Positions 39,282-48,541 of a stretch of 64,000 nucleotides of DNA are shown here, piece by piece. The position numbers and the translations under genes were made by a program. The stretch comes from Candidatus Brocadiia bacterium. Lineage in GTDB: Bacteria > Planctomycetota > Brocadiia > CAIUPP01. Location of the stretch: assembly GCA_050015075.1 (NCBI GenBank), contig JBEKCB010000015.1, positions 37,235 through 101,234 of the forward strand. Reading direction: 5' to 3'. The notes under the pieces were generated by a model, which was given only the letters and a program-made list of their open reading frames with translations, made no database searches and was not told the origin of the DNA. How positions within the stretch are numbered: the first letter of the stretch is position 1; each line of letters begins with the position of its first letter.

Positions 39282-40327
39282 GCGCAGGGCGGATGGAACA
39301 GGAAAAAGCTGACGTCCAGCCGGACAAGCCCGACGCCGAGCCGGTGAAGATGCGCTCCTGTATCCTCGAAGCAGGCGCCGAGGGCGTGCGTTTCATCGTA
39401 GACGGGCGAGTGGCGAAGATCATGCCCTTCGACGCCTACGAAGCGTTCCACAAGAACCTCACGCGGGGCCTCGAGTTCAATATTTACCCGCTCCAGACTG
39501 CAGACCAGGCCGAGATCAAGGTGCAACTGCCTCCGCTCTCGGAAATCCGCGCGGGCAGAGTCGAACTGCGGTCGTCGGACGGCGTGACCTACGGCCGGCA
39601 GTACAAGCTCATCGCGGTGAAGAAGGACGCGGACCGGAAGTCCTACGCCACCGTCGCGCTGGCGGACACAGGCGAGGTGGTCGAGCGCGAGCCCTGGGAG
39701 GATTTCAAGCGGCGCGTCACGTTCCGCCGGTGCCGCAGCGGCACCGCGTACGACACGATGCTCGGGGAATTTAACCCGCGGCTCTACTTCGACATCACCG
39801 GGAAAATCTATAAGCCTGAAGAAGAGAAGCCCAAGGATAAGGAAACGCCGGCCGCGGAAAGGAAGGCGCCGGGCGAAATGGTAAAGAAGGCGCCGGAAAA
39901 GGAATCCGACAAAGAGGACCCGCTGCTGAAGATCGGCGCCGCGGGCATCGGGTGGCTTCGGAAGAACCCGCGCTATGGTTACATCGCTGCTGGCATCTTG
40001 TTGCTCATCCTGATCTTCACCGTCGTCAGGGTCCGTCGCGGGCCGAATTTTATTAAGCCGAAGCCCGAGGTGCAGAGCGCAGCCAAGCTGGATTACCACC
40101 TGAACCAGGAATACGAGATTGCGCAGGCGCTCGGCAGGGTGGACTTTGTGAAATACGCCAGGAGTAATCCGCAGGCAGCGAAGGACAGTGTCGAGAACCT
40201 CGCGGCCTTTGTCGAAAAAACCCGGTCCACGCCCAATCTGACCGCCGATCAGGCCCAGAAACTGCTTTTCATCTCGAACACCGTGCCAAAGCTTCAGGCG
40301 GCATTGGAAAAGGCGACCGCGAAATAA
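39278..40327 (+). CDS. Hypothetical single-pass membrane protein
   Basis: ATGA overlap with tkt; TM helix YIAAGILLLILIFTVV; charged linker. Confidence 0.7.
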   Translation: MSAGRMEQEKADVQPDKPDAEPVKMRSCILEAGAEGVRFIVDGRVAKIMPFDAYEAFHKNLTRGLEFNIYPLQTADQAEIKVQLPPLSEIRAGRVELRSSDGVTYGRQYKLIAVKKDADRKSYATVALADTGEVVEREPWEDFKRRVTFRRCRSGTAYDTMLGEFNPRLYFDITGKIYKPEEEKPKDKETPAAERKAPGEMVKKAPEKESDKEDPLLKIGAAGIGWLRKNPRYGYIAAGILLLILIFTVVRVRRGPNFIKPKPEVQSAAKLDYHLNQEYEIAQALGRVDFVKYARSNPQAAKDSVENLAAFVEKTRSTPNLTADQAQKLLFISNTVPKLQAALEKATAK

Positions 40328-40351
40328 GATCGGGGCGCGACGGCGAGACCT

Positions 40352-41440
40352 TCATCGTCCGGCTTTTGCAGCCGGCGATTCTTCCGGCACCAGGATCACG
40401 TCGTCGAGACCGAAGCACGCCTCGACGGTTTCGCCGGGCGTGGCGACGCAGGCGGTCGGGTGATGGAGCAGCAGGTTGATCTCCTCCTCGGGGGCCGACG
40501 GCGCGCTGAGGCGCACGACCACCTGCTCCTGGTCGCCGAGGTACATGACCTCTTTCACCAGGCCGCGCAGGCGGTTGGCGGCGTTCGGGCTGGGGCCGAG
40601 CGTCAGCGCCTCGGGCCGGATGCAGCAGGTGACCTTGCCGCTGGCGCGCCCGCGAGCGCGGATTTTTCCGTAGGGCGTGGCGATGAGCGTCTCGTCGGCG
40701 GCGGGGCGCGCCTCGCCGAGGAGCACGTTCGCCTGGCCGACGAACTCGGCGACGAACCGGTCCGCCGGGCGCGTGTAAATCTCGCGCGGCGTTCCGGCCT
40801 GCCGGACCTCGCCGTCGCGCATCACCGCCAGCCGGCCCGCGAGCGAGAGCGCCTCCTTCTGGTCGTGCGTGACGTAGACGGTGGTGATGCCCGTCTCGGC
40901 GTGGATGCGCCGAAGCTCCTGGCGCATCTCCAGGCGCAACTTCGCGTCGAGGTTGCTCAGCGGCTCGTCGAGCAGCAGCACGTCCGGCTCGATCACCAGC
41001 GCCCGCGCGAGCGCCACGCGCTGCTGCTGCCCGCCGGAGAGCTGGTTCGGGCGGCGCTCCTCGAGCCCTTCGAGCCGCACGAGCTCGATCACGCGGCCGA
41101 CGCGCCGGCGAAGTTCCTCGCGCGGGATGCGCCGCAGCTCGAGTCCGTAGGCGACGTTCTCCCGCACGCTCATGTGCGGCCATAGCGCGTAGTTCTGGAA
41201 GACCATACCGGTGTTGCGGCGATGCGCGGGGACGGCGTTCATGAGCCGGTCGCCGAACCGGATTTGGCCCGCGTCCGGCTCCACGAACCCCGCGATCATG
41301 CGCAGCAGTGTCGTCTTGCCGCAGCCGGAAGGCCCGAGCAGAAAAAAGAACTCGCCCTTCGCGATCTCCAGCGAAACGTCCCGGACCGCGGCCACGTTGT
41401 CATACTTCTTGCTGAGGTTCTTCAGGACTACCGGAAGCAT
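40352..41440 (-). CDS. ABC transporter ATP-binding protein (PotA/FbpC type, TOBE domain)
   Basis: GPSGCGKT, LSGGQQQR, LLLDEP, YVTHDQ. Confidence 0.93.
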   Translation of the reverse strand: MLPVVLKNLSKKYDNVAAVRDVSLEIAKGEFFFLLGPSGCGKTTLLRMIAGFVEPDAGQIRFGDRLMNAVPAHRRNTGMVFQNYALWPHMSVRENVAYGLELRRIPREELRRRVGRVIELVRLEGLEERRPNQLSGGQQQRVALARALVIEPDVLLLDEPLSNLDAKLRLEMRQELRRIHAETGITTVYVTHDQKEALSLAGRLAVMRDGEVRQAGTPREIYTRPADRFVAEFVGQANVLLGEARPAADETLIATPYGKIRARGRASGKVTCCIRPEALTLGPSPNAANRLRGLVKEVMYLGDQEQVVVRLSAPSAPEEEINLLLHHPTACVATPGETVEACFGLDDVILVPEESPAAKAGR

Positions 41441-41483
41441 GGATCACTCCAAAACGAAGAAGTCCGAACTACGGAAGAATTTA

Positions 41484-41600
41484 AACCACAGATGAACACA
41501 GATGTACACAGATAAACACGAATACGGATTTTTTGCGGGCAGGCCGTTCTTGTTTTTTGTCGTTCTTCGTATCTGTGTACATCTGTGTTCATCTGTGGTT
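41484..41600. repeat. Intergenic inverted repeat built from 10-bp units (AACACAGATG / CATCTGTGTT)
   Basis: ACCACAGATG AACACAGATG TACACAGATA ... ATCTGTGTAC ATCTGTGTTC ATCTGTGGTT. Confidence 0.9.
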
Positions 41601-41620
41601 GAAAATGCTGTCGCTGTTGT

Positions 41621-42646
41621 TCACGTGACGATGGGCAAGGTGTCGCCGCATTGTTTGCACTTCGACCCGGCCAGTCCGACCGGCTGCGCGGAGAAGCCGG
41701 ACCGCCGGATGACCACCGATTTGCAGTTGGGGCAAAGCGTGTTCTCGAAGTCGTCGCCGGCGATGTTCCCGGCGTAGAGATATTTCAGGCCGGCCTTGCG
41801 GCCCATGGCGAGCGCGTGCAGGATCGTCGCTTCCGGCGTGACGGGCGCGCGGTCGAACTGGTAGTCGGGATGATACCGCGATACATGCCACGGGATTTCC
41901 ACGCTCACGCTCGCGAGGAACTCCGCCAGCCGCTGCAGTTCGCCCTCGTCGTCGTTGAACTTCGGGATGAGCAGCGTGGTGACCTCGACGTGGATGCCGG
42001 CCTCGTGCATCAGCCGGATCGCCCGGCAAACCGGTTCCAGGCGCGCCTTGCAGCGCTCGCGGTAGAACTTGTCGTTGAACGCCTTGAGGTCCACGTTGGC
42101 CGCGTCAATCAGCCCGGCCATCTTCTCGATCGTCTCGGGCGTCTGGTAGCCGTTCGTCACGAAAACGTTGCGGCGTCCTTCGGCCTTCGCCAGCCGCGCG
42201 CAATCGGCGGCGTACTCGAAATAGATCGTCGGCTCAGTGTACGTGTATGAGATGCTCGGGCAGCGCCGCGACTTCGCCGTCGCGACGACCTCCTCCGGCG
42301 TGGTGAATTCGCCCGCGATCTCGCTCTGTCGGGCGGCCTGCGAGATTTGCCAGTTCTGGCAGAAGTCGCACTGGAAATTGCATCCGATCGTCGCGATGGA
42401 GAAACTGCTCGTGCCGGGCAGGAAGTGATAGAGCGGTTTCTTCTCGATCGGGTCCACGTGCGCGGCGATCAGCTTGCCGTAAACGAGCGTGTAGAGCGTC
42501 CCCGCGCGGTTCTCGCGCACTCGGCAGACTCCCCGCTGGCCCGGCTTGATGTGGCAGCGATGCGAGCAGAGGAAACAGTCGCAGAAGTTCTCCGCCGCCT
42601 TCTGGTAAAGGACCGCTTCATGCGGTTGGCGCGCTTCCTGTCCCAT
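41621..42646 (-). CDS. amrS: AmmeMemoRadiSam system radical SAM enzyme
   Basis: CFLCSHRC...GVCRVR, DPIEKKPLYHFLPG, GCNFQCDFCQNWQISQ, YTYTEP, C-terminal CPNC/CKQC. Confidence 0.9.
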   Translation of the reverse strand: MGQEARQPHEAVLYQKAAENFCDCFLCSHRCHIKPGQRGVCRVRENRAGTLYTLVYGKLIAAHVDPIEKKPLYHFLPGTSSFSIATIGCNFQCDFCQNWQISQAARQSEIAGEFTTPEEVVATAKSRRCPSISYTYTEPTIYFEYAADCARLAKAEGRRNVFVTNGYQTPETIEKMAGLIDAANVDLKAFNDKFYRERCKARLEPVCRAIRLMHEAGIHVEVTTLLIPKFNDDEGELQRLAEFLASVSVEIPWHVSRYHPDYQFDRAPVTPEATILHALAMGRKAGLKYLYAGNIAGDDFENTLCPNCKSVVIRRSGFSAQPVGLAGSKCKQCGDTLPIVT

Positions 42647-42663
42647 TTCGCTGCCCTCCCTCA

Positions 42664-44145
42664 CTATTGCGGCCCTATCACGTAGTATAGCCGGTAGAGC
42701 GGCGTTTCAAATATTCGTTTCATATCATCCGGCGCGCCGAAGATGAAACCCGCCTTCAGCCGCGCCAGCGTGTGCTCGCGCATCTGGAACGGCGTCAAGG
42801 AAAAACCGCAACGTTGAAAATTAATCCATGCCTCAATTTTATCATATGGGTCGCTGTCGTGGAGGAGAATCCAGGCGCCTCTGTGCCCTCTGAGTTCCCG
42901 CGTCAGTTGCGCTTGCCAGTCGGAGAAGTCCAGGTACTCCGGAGTGAGCTTGCCACGGTAGTAGCGCCGGAAAATGTCATACACGCCTCGGTCGGGATGG
43001 TAGCCGATAATCAGCGCATCCGCCGATCGTTCCGAGGCTTCAACGGTCGCGGCGATTTCCCGCCAGGGCGTGACCATGTCGGCATCGGCGAACTGACGAT
43101 TCGTGAAATAGTTGACCTGCGACGCGATCGTCGTCGCCAGAATCAGGATGCCGCAGAGCCGACCGAGCCATTTTGCTCGGAGGCTGATCAGGCCGATGGC
43201 GATCAGCCCGCACCACGCCGGCAGCAGGATGGTCAGGTGCTTCGCCCCGAGCGCGGAGAAGGCGAGCGACGCTGCGAACACCGCCGCGACCTGGATGAAG
43301 AGCAGTGCAGCCAGGCTTCTACGACGGGCGAAGACCGACACGATTCCGCTCGCCGCCGCCAGGCCGAACGCGATGAGCGCCGGGAGTACGACCGGAAAAT
43401 TCAGCGGGTTCACCGTCTCGCCGAGGCAGAGCGTCAGCGGCAGGTAGCAGGCCTTGGCCCAGCCGCCGAGTTGCTGCGCCGTGTATTGCGTTTGGGCGCC
43501 CCACGTCACCGCGCCACGCGCGCTGTACCACATCCACGGCGCGATCAGCACGGCGACGGCGAGGTTCGCGACGACCCACGGCGCAAGCCGCCGCAGTCGC
43601 CGCCGGTGGAACCGGACCAGAAAAATCACCTGCGCCGCCCACAGGCTCACGGCGAAGAGGTTGGCGTACACCAGCAGCGCGGTCGCAACGGCGTACGCCG
43701 CAAAGGACAGGACGCTCCGCCGCCGGATCGCCCAGACCAGGGCCAGCGTGCTCGCAAGCGCGAGCGTGCAGGCGAGCGAATACGGCCGGGCGATGCGGCT
43801 GTACATCACGTGCAGCGGCGAGAGCGCCATCAGCCACACGGCGACGAGCCCGCAGCGCCGGCCCAATCCGCGCACGAGCAGCCACGTCATCCAGACCGCC
43901 GCCACGCCGAGCGCAGCGGAGGGAATCCGCATCCACGAGTCCGACCCGTCCGGCGGCATCCACAGCCGCAGCAGCAACTCATAGAGCGGATGGTTGCCCT
44001 TCATCGCCTGAATATGCGCGGAGAACGAGAGGCTCAGCCGCTGCAGCGAGGCCAGCTCGTCGCACCAGAGCGGCTTCTGTCCCAGCGCCGCAAACCGCAG
44101 CGCCGCGGCAGCGGCCAGCGCCGCCACAAGCCAACCTGTGCTCAT
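42664..44145 (-). CDS. GT-C fold membrane glycosyltransferase (GT39/ArnT-like)
   Basis: LWCDE, HPLY, RIPSA, YSRIARPY; multiple TM helices. Confidence 0.85.
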   Translation of the reverse strand: MSTGWLVAALAAAAALRFAALGQKPLWCDELASLQRLSLSFSAHIQAMKGNHPLYELLLRLWMPPDGSDSWMRIPSAALGVAAVWMTWLLVRGLGRRCGLVAVWLMALSPLHVMYSRIARPYSLACTLALASTLALVWAIRRRSVLSFAAYAVATALLVYANLFAVSLWAAQVIFLVRFHRRRLRRLAPWVVANLAVAVLIAPWMWYSARGAVTWGAQTQYTAQQLGGWAKACYLPLTLCLGETVNPLNFPVVLPALIAFGLAAASGIVSVFARRRSLAALLFIQVAAVFAASLAFSALGAKHLTILLPAWCGLIAIGLISLRAKWLGRLCGILILATTIASQVNYFTNRQFADADMVTPWREIAATVEASERSADALIIGYHPDRGVYDIFRRYYRGKLTPEYLDFSDWQAQLTRELRGHRGAWILLHDSDPYDKIEAWINFQRCGFSLTPFQMREHTLARLKAGFIFGAPDDMKRIFETPLYRLYYVIGPQ

Positions 44146-44164
44146 TTCCCGGCGAGTTTCTTTT

Positions 44165-44327
44165 ACCACCAAGTCACCAAGACACCCAGAAAAGCGCTCG
44201 GACCATGCGGCTTGGAGATTGGGAGATTAGAAGATTGAGAAATCAAGCTCGATGGTTTTACCGATCCCCAATCTCCCAATTTCCAAATCTCCCGATTTCT
44301 GATCATCTGTCCCCTGTCTTGGCGGTT
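44165..44327. repeat. Nested periodic inverted repeats (outer ACCACCAAG.../...CTTGGCGGTT; inner 8-bp GGAGATTG/CAATCTCC)
   Basis: Outer arms 44165-44189 and 44318-44327; inner arms 44211-44243 and 44261-44302. Confidence 0.75.
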
Positions 44328-44335
44328 CAAGCGGG

Positions 44336-45433
44336 TTACTCCGGAACGCTGGGACAAGGCCGCATGAAGCCGGGCAGCACGGCGGAGAGGCTGAGGAAAT
44401 CGCGCAGGCGGTTCGGAACGCAGTTGCGGCAGATGAAGTAGGTGAGCTTGCGGTCCAGCGCCTGCTGCCGCAGCGCCCGGTACTTTTCGTTGTTCCAGAT
44501 TTCCGCGAAGCTCTGCTCGAAGAGGTTGCCGAGATTGCAGACGTTTCCCTCGGCGAACGAGCAGCATGGGCGCACGTCGCCGTTGACGGCGATGTACAGG
44601 CTGAACCAGGGCAGCAGGCAGATACGCTGCGGCGGCGTCTCCGGGATGCCGGCCTCGTACTTGCGAAAGTAATTCGGCAGGCTGCGCAGGAGCACGCCGG
44701 CGTTGGTGCCCACCTTCAGCTCCGCCGCCCGGTCGCGCGCCGCCTCGAGCTGCCGGCGCAGGGACTCGAACTCCACCCCGCGCGACAATTCCTCTTTGCG
44801 GTCCGGCACGGAGAGCGTCTCGAGCGGCTGGAAGTACATCGAATCCGCCTTCAGCCGGTGCGCCAGGGCCACCATCTCGACGATCTCGCCAATGTTCTCC
44901 GACTGGAGGACGAACTGCAGCCGCAGGAACGGCGTCGCGGAGCGCTTCTGGGCTTTCACACGCTGCAGTTCCTCGATGTTGAGAATGATGCGGTTGAAGA
45001 AATCGCGTCCGCGGATCTTCGCGTAGGTCACCGGCCGCGCGGCGTCGAGCGAGACCTTGATGAGGTTCAGCCCGGAGTCCACGACCTCATCGGCCTTGCC
45101 GGCGCAGAGCGTGAAGTTCGTCGTCGTCAGCACCGCCGCGCCGCCGGCTTTCGCGTGGCGGACCATGGCGAGCAGGTCCGGGTTGAGGAAGGGCTCGCCC
45201 GCGCCGCTGAGCGCCACGCGGAGCGGCCGGATCTGGTCGAAGATGTCCCGGAAGTGGTCGAGCGTCATCTTCGCGGCCCGCTCGGGCGGATAATCCGGCA
45301 CCTGGCACATCCGGCAGCGAAGGTTGCAGCCGATGACCGGCTCGAGCTGGAAGTGCAGCGGCCGCGTCGGCACCACGAGCGGCTTGCGCAGTATCGTCCA
45401 ACCGGTCCGAACCATGCGCCAGAGATTCGACAT
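44336..45433 (-). CDS. Radical SAM/SPASM domain protein
   Basis: CNLRCRMC, GEPFL; SPASM CLLPW...GDVRPCC...GNL...CRNC. Confidence 0.92.
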   Translation of the reverse strand: MSNLWRMVRTGWTILRKPLVVPTRPLHFQLEPVIGCNLRCRMCQVPDYPPERAAKMTLDHFRDIFDQIRPLRVALSGAGEPFLNPDLLAMVRHAKAGGAAVLTTTNFTLCAGKADEVVDSGLNLIKVSLDAARPVTYAKIRGRDFFNRIILNIEELQRVKAQKRSATPFLRLQFVLQSENIGEIVEMVALAHRLKADSMYFQPLETLSVPDRKEELSRGVEFESLRRQLEAARDRAAELKVGTNAGVLLRSLPNYFRKYEAGIPETPPQRICLLPWFSLYIAVNGDVRPCCSFAEGNVCNLGNLFEQSFAEIWNNEKYRALRQQALDRKLTYFICRNCVPNRLRDFLSLSAVLPGFMRPCPSVPE

Positions 45434-46576
45434 TCAACGCTCCCGTTTGCCGGTGTCCGCCAGGAGACCCCGGTAAAGCTCGATATACGCATCGGTCATG
45501 CGGCTGAGCGAGAACTCGCGGCGGACTCTCTCGCGGCCCTTGATGCCCATCTCCTGTGCCTTGCGCGGGTCGCGCGCGAAGTCGAGGAGCGCGCGCGCCA
45601 GGGCGTCCGCGTCGGCCGGCGGGACCAGCAGGCCGGTCTCGCCCGGCAGAATCTGATCCACGGCGCCGTCCACCGCCGTCGCGACGACCGGTTTGCCCGC
45701 GGCCATCGCTTCGAGGACGGCATTGGACATTCCTTCCCACAGACTCGGCAGCGCGAAGACGTCCGACGCCGCCAGGATCAGCGCGACATCCTTTCGATAG
45801 CCCAGGAACCGCACGCGCGCGTCCACGCCGAGCCGCCGCGCCTGCGCTTCCAATTGTTCGCGCAGCGGGCCGTATCCAGCGACCAGGAACGCGGCGGACG
45901 GCGCCTTCTCCGCAACCGTCCGCGCAGCCGCGAGCAGGAATTCCATCCCTTTCTGCTCGTGCAGCCGGCTGAGCGTGCAGACCACGAACGCGTCGGCCGG
46001 CAGGGCGAGCTTCGCGCGCGCGACCGCCGCGTCCGGGAGCGATTCCCATTCCGCGAAATCAATCCCGTTCGGAATGACCGTCGCGCGCTCGGCGGCGACG
46101 CCTTCCGTCCGCGCGGCGAATTCCAGCGTGCGCCGCGAGACCGGCGTGAAGGCGTCCGCCAGCGGCGCCGTCCAGCGCGCGAGCCGGTACTGCCAGCCGC
46201 GGTTGTGCAGGTTGCTCGCGCGGACCGAGCTGACGATCACCGGCCGGCGCTTGCCCTCGTCGGACCAGCGTGCGAGCCGGCCGGCGATACGCCCGGCGAC
46301 GTCGGAATGAAACAGGAGCGTCTGCACCAGCTCGATCCTCTCGCGCTTCAGGTAGCGTCGGAGCGCGAGCGGTTCGCGAAGCGCGGCGAGCGCGGAGCCG
46401 GGCTTTCCGAGGACGGGCACGCCGGCCGCGCGGAATTTCTCCTCGAACTCCGAGCTGCCGCCGAGGCACCAGACGCGCGGGTCGGCCTGCGCGGCGCGCA
46501 GAGCCCGCACCATCGCCAGCAGCGCCTTCTGAGCGCCGCCCGGCCGCAGATTGTCTATCAGAAAGAGGACCCGCAT
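45434..46576 (-). CDS. Glycosyltransferase family 4
   Basis: GGAQ, IPNGID, EQKG, PSLWEGMSNAVLEAMAAGKP. Confidence 0.93.
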   Translation of the reverse strand: MRVLFLIDNLRPGGAQKALLAMVRALRAAQADPRVWCLGGSSEFEEKFRAAGVPVLGKPGSALAALREPLALRRYLKRERIELVQTLLFHSDVAGRIAGRLARWSDEGKRRPVIVSSVRASNLHNRGWQYRLARWTAPLADAFTPVSRRTLEFAARTEGVAAERATVIPNGIDFAEWESLPDAAVARAKLALPADAFVVCTLSRLHEQKGMEFLLAAARTVAEKAPSAAFLVAGYGPLREQLEAQARRLGVDARVRFLGYRKDVALILAASDVFALPSLWEGMSNAVLEAMAAGKPVVATAVDGAVDQILPGETGLLVPPADADALARALLDFARDPRKAQEMGIKGRERVRREFSLSRMTDAYIELYRGLLADTGKRER

Positions 46577-46594
46577 TTCACCGTCACAATGGCG

Positions 46595-47200
46595 TCAATC
46601 GCGCGGCAACCGCTTCTGGGCCAGGACGGCGTTCAGGCGGTCGCGGAGCCAGTCCTTCGCCTCGCGCGGGAGATGCGTGAAGATGGAGACGCGCCGGCCG
46701 TCGGTTTCGAGGTTCAGCTTGTAGTCCACCGACGACCACGAGCAGCAGCAGCTTTTCGCGTCCGCCTCGAGGCCGCAGTCCTTATCCGCGCAGGAGAAGG
46801 CCTGGACTTTGCCCAGGTCGAAGCGCCGGGCCCGCAGGCCGAACAGCCAGGGATTTCCCAGCAGCAGTTTGTCGTTTCGGATCGTGAGGGTCACGTGCCC
46901 GATCATCGTCCAGAGGGTGAGTCCCGCGCAGTACACTCCGGCGAGCGAGGTGACGGTGAAGACGATGAAGAGCGCCGGGATGGAATCGTGCGGCGTGCCG
47001 GCGCGCACGGCTTCGATCTGCTTCTCGGGACAATACAAGCCCCAGAAGCCCGTCCAGAGCGCCGAGAGGATAAAGATGAGGGTTGCCAGCGGACTGACGG
47101 AGCCGGCGCGCGCGCGGACCCGCGCGCCTTGCTCAGTCACGGCGAACTCCACTCCCGGCGGCGAAGGAAGATGGACGCTGTCGAATCTGCCGGTTTCCAT
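46595..47200 (-). CDS. Hypothetical membrane protein (2 TM helices, Cys-rich C-terminus)
   Basis: Two hydrophobic helices; upstream TTGCCT-17-TATAAT at 47229-47257 (minus strand). Confidence 0.65.
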   Translation of the reverse strand: METGRFDSVHLPSPPGVEFAVTEQGARVRARAGSVSPLATLIFILSALWTGFWGLYCPEKQIEAVRAGTPHDSIPALFIVFTVTSLAGVYCAGLTLWTMIGHVTLTIRNDKLLLGNPWLFGLRARRFDLGKVQAFSCADKDCGLEADAKSCCCSWSSVDYKLNLETDGRRVSIFTHLPREAKDWLRDRLNAVLAQKRLPRD

Positions 47201-47349
47201 GGACTCTCCTGCTTTTTGAGCCGCGTTCATTATAGAGCAGACCGGCCTTTCAGGCAACGGGCCTCTTGCGCGAACGCCTTGACGCCGGCCGCGGCGAAGA
47301 CGTAACGTAAATGAAGTTCGTATCCATTCTCTTGTCCAGGAGGCTGACG

Positions 47350-47745
47350 ATGGCGAGCGTGAACGTGCAGTTCAAGGGCGACATGCTTTTCGAGGCGAAG
47401 TCGGGAAACCAAACGCTCAGGACTGACGTGCCCGCGGCGATGGGCGGCAAGGAGCGCGGGATGACTCCGACGGAACTGCTGGCGACGTCGCTGGCTTCGT
47501 GCGTCAGCGTGCTGGTCGTCGCGTATTGCCGGGACATGAAGATTGACGCGACCGGCATGAGCGTGGATCTGACCTACGACAAGCTGGACCAGCCGACGCG
47601 GCTGGGGCATTTCAAGGTGGCGATCAAGTTCCCCGCCGGCGGTTGGGAATCGCGCAAGGAAGGCATCCTGCGCGCCGCGGAACGCTGCCCGGTCCACGAG
47701 ACGATCCGCCACCATCATGAAGAGACCGAGTTCACGGTGAGCTGA
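47350..47745 (+). CDS. OsmC/YhfA family protein
   Basis: GGKERGMTPTELLATSLASC...AERCPVHETI. Confidence 0.9.
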   Translation: MASVNVQFKGDMLFEAKSGNQTLRTDVPAAMGGKERGMTPTELLATSLASCVSVLVVAYCRDMKIDATGMSVDLTYDKLDQPTRLGHFKVAIKFPAGGWESRKEGILRAAERCPVHETIRHHHEETEFTVS

Positions 47746-48493
47746 TCGGCGCGGGCGCGTCGTAGCGGATGCGCGTCAGGCACAGGCCGCGCGCGGGCGC
47801 GGTCCGGCCGGCCTGCGCGCGTTCGCCGGATTCGAGGACGCGGCGGAATTCCGCCGGCGTGATCTTCCCGCGCCCGACTTCCAGCAGCGTCCCGACCAGC
47901 GCGCGCACCATGTTGTAGAGGAACCCGTTCGCCTCGACGGCGAACGTCAGCCGCGGGACGTTCAGCTCCCAGTCCGCGCGCTCGATGACGCGCACGGTCG
48001 TCTCGGACTGCGCGTGGGCGGACCGGAACGCGGCGAAGTCGTGCTCTCCGATCAGGCACTGCGACGCCGCGCGCAGCGGCTCCAGCTCGACCGGCCAGCG
48101 CACGTGCCAGCAGAACCGGCGGTCCAGAACGGGCCTCACGCGTTGGTTCCAGATCGTGTAGTGATAGAGCTTCGACCGCGCCGAGAAGCGCGCGTTGAAG
48201 TCCTCCGGGACTTCCTCGGCGGCGACGATCGCGATGTCCAGCGGCAGCAGCGCATTCAGCGCGCTCTGGATGCGCTCGACCGGGATCGCGGAGTCGGTCT
48301 TGAAGTTCGCCACCTGCCCGCGCGCGTGGACGCCCGTGTCCGTGCGGCTGGCGCCGGTTACCTGCGGCATCTCGCCGGTGATCTGGCCGAGCGCTTCCTC
48401 CAGCGCCTGCTGGATCGTCATCCCCTGCGGCTGCCGCTGCCAGCCGAGGTACGCCGTGCCTTCATACTCGATCGTCAGCTTGATGTTCCGCAT
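47732..48493 (-). CDS. truA: tRNA pseudouridine(38-40) synthase
   Basis: YEGTAYLGWQRQ, SRTDTGVHA, GFLYNMVR, TAPARGL. Confidence 0.96.
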   Translation of the reverse strand: MRNIKLTIEYEGTAYLGWQRQPQGMTIQQALEEALGQITGEMPQVTGASRTDTGVHARGQVANFKTDSAIPVERIQSALNALLPLDIAIVAAEEVPEDFNARFSARSKLYHYTIWNQRVRPVLDRRFCWHVRWPVELEPLRAASQCLIGEHDFAAFRSAHAQSETTVRVIERADWELNVPRLTFAVEANGFLYNMVRALVGTLLEVGRGKITPAEFRRVLESGERAQAGRTAPARGLCLTRIRYDAPAPISSP

Positions 48494-48541
48494 CTCGGCT
48501 CCGCAAACAATCGTTACAGCCCTCGTAATCGCACTCCTCGA

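Noticed and set aside
41484-41600. Periodic repeats as a CRISPR array
   Set aside because: Units are 7-10 bp, contiguous and inverted, with no unique spacers and no cas genes.
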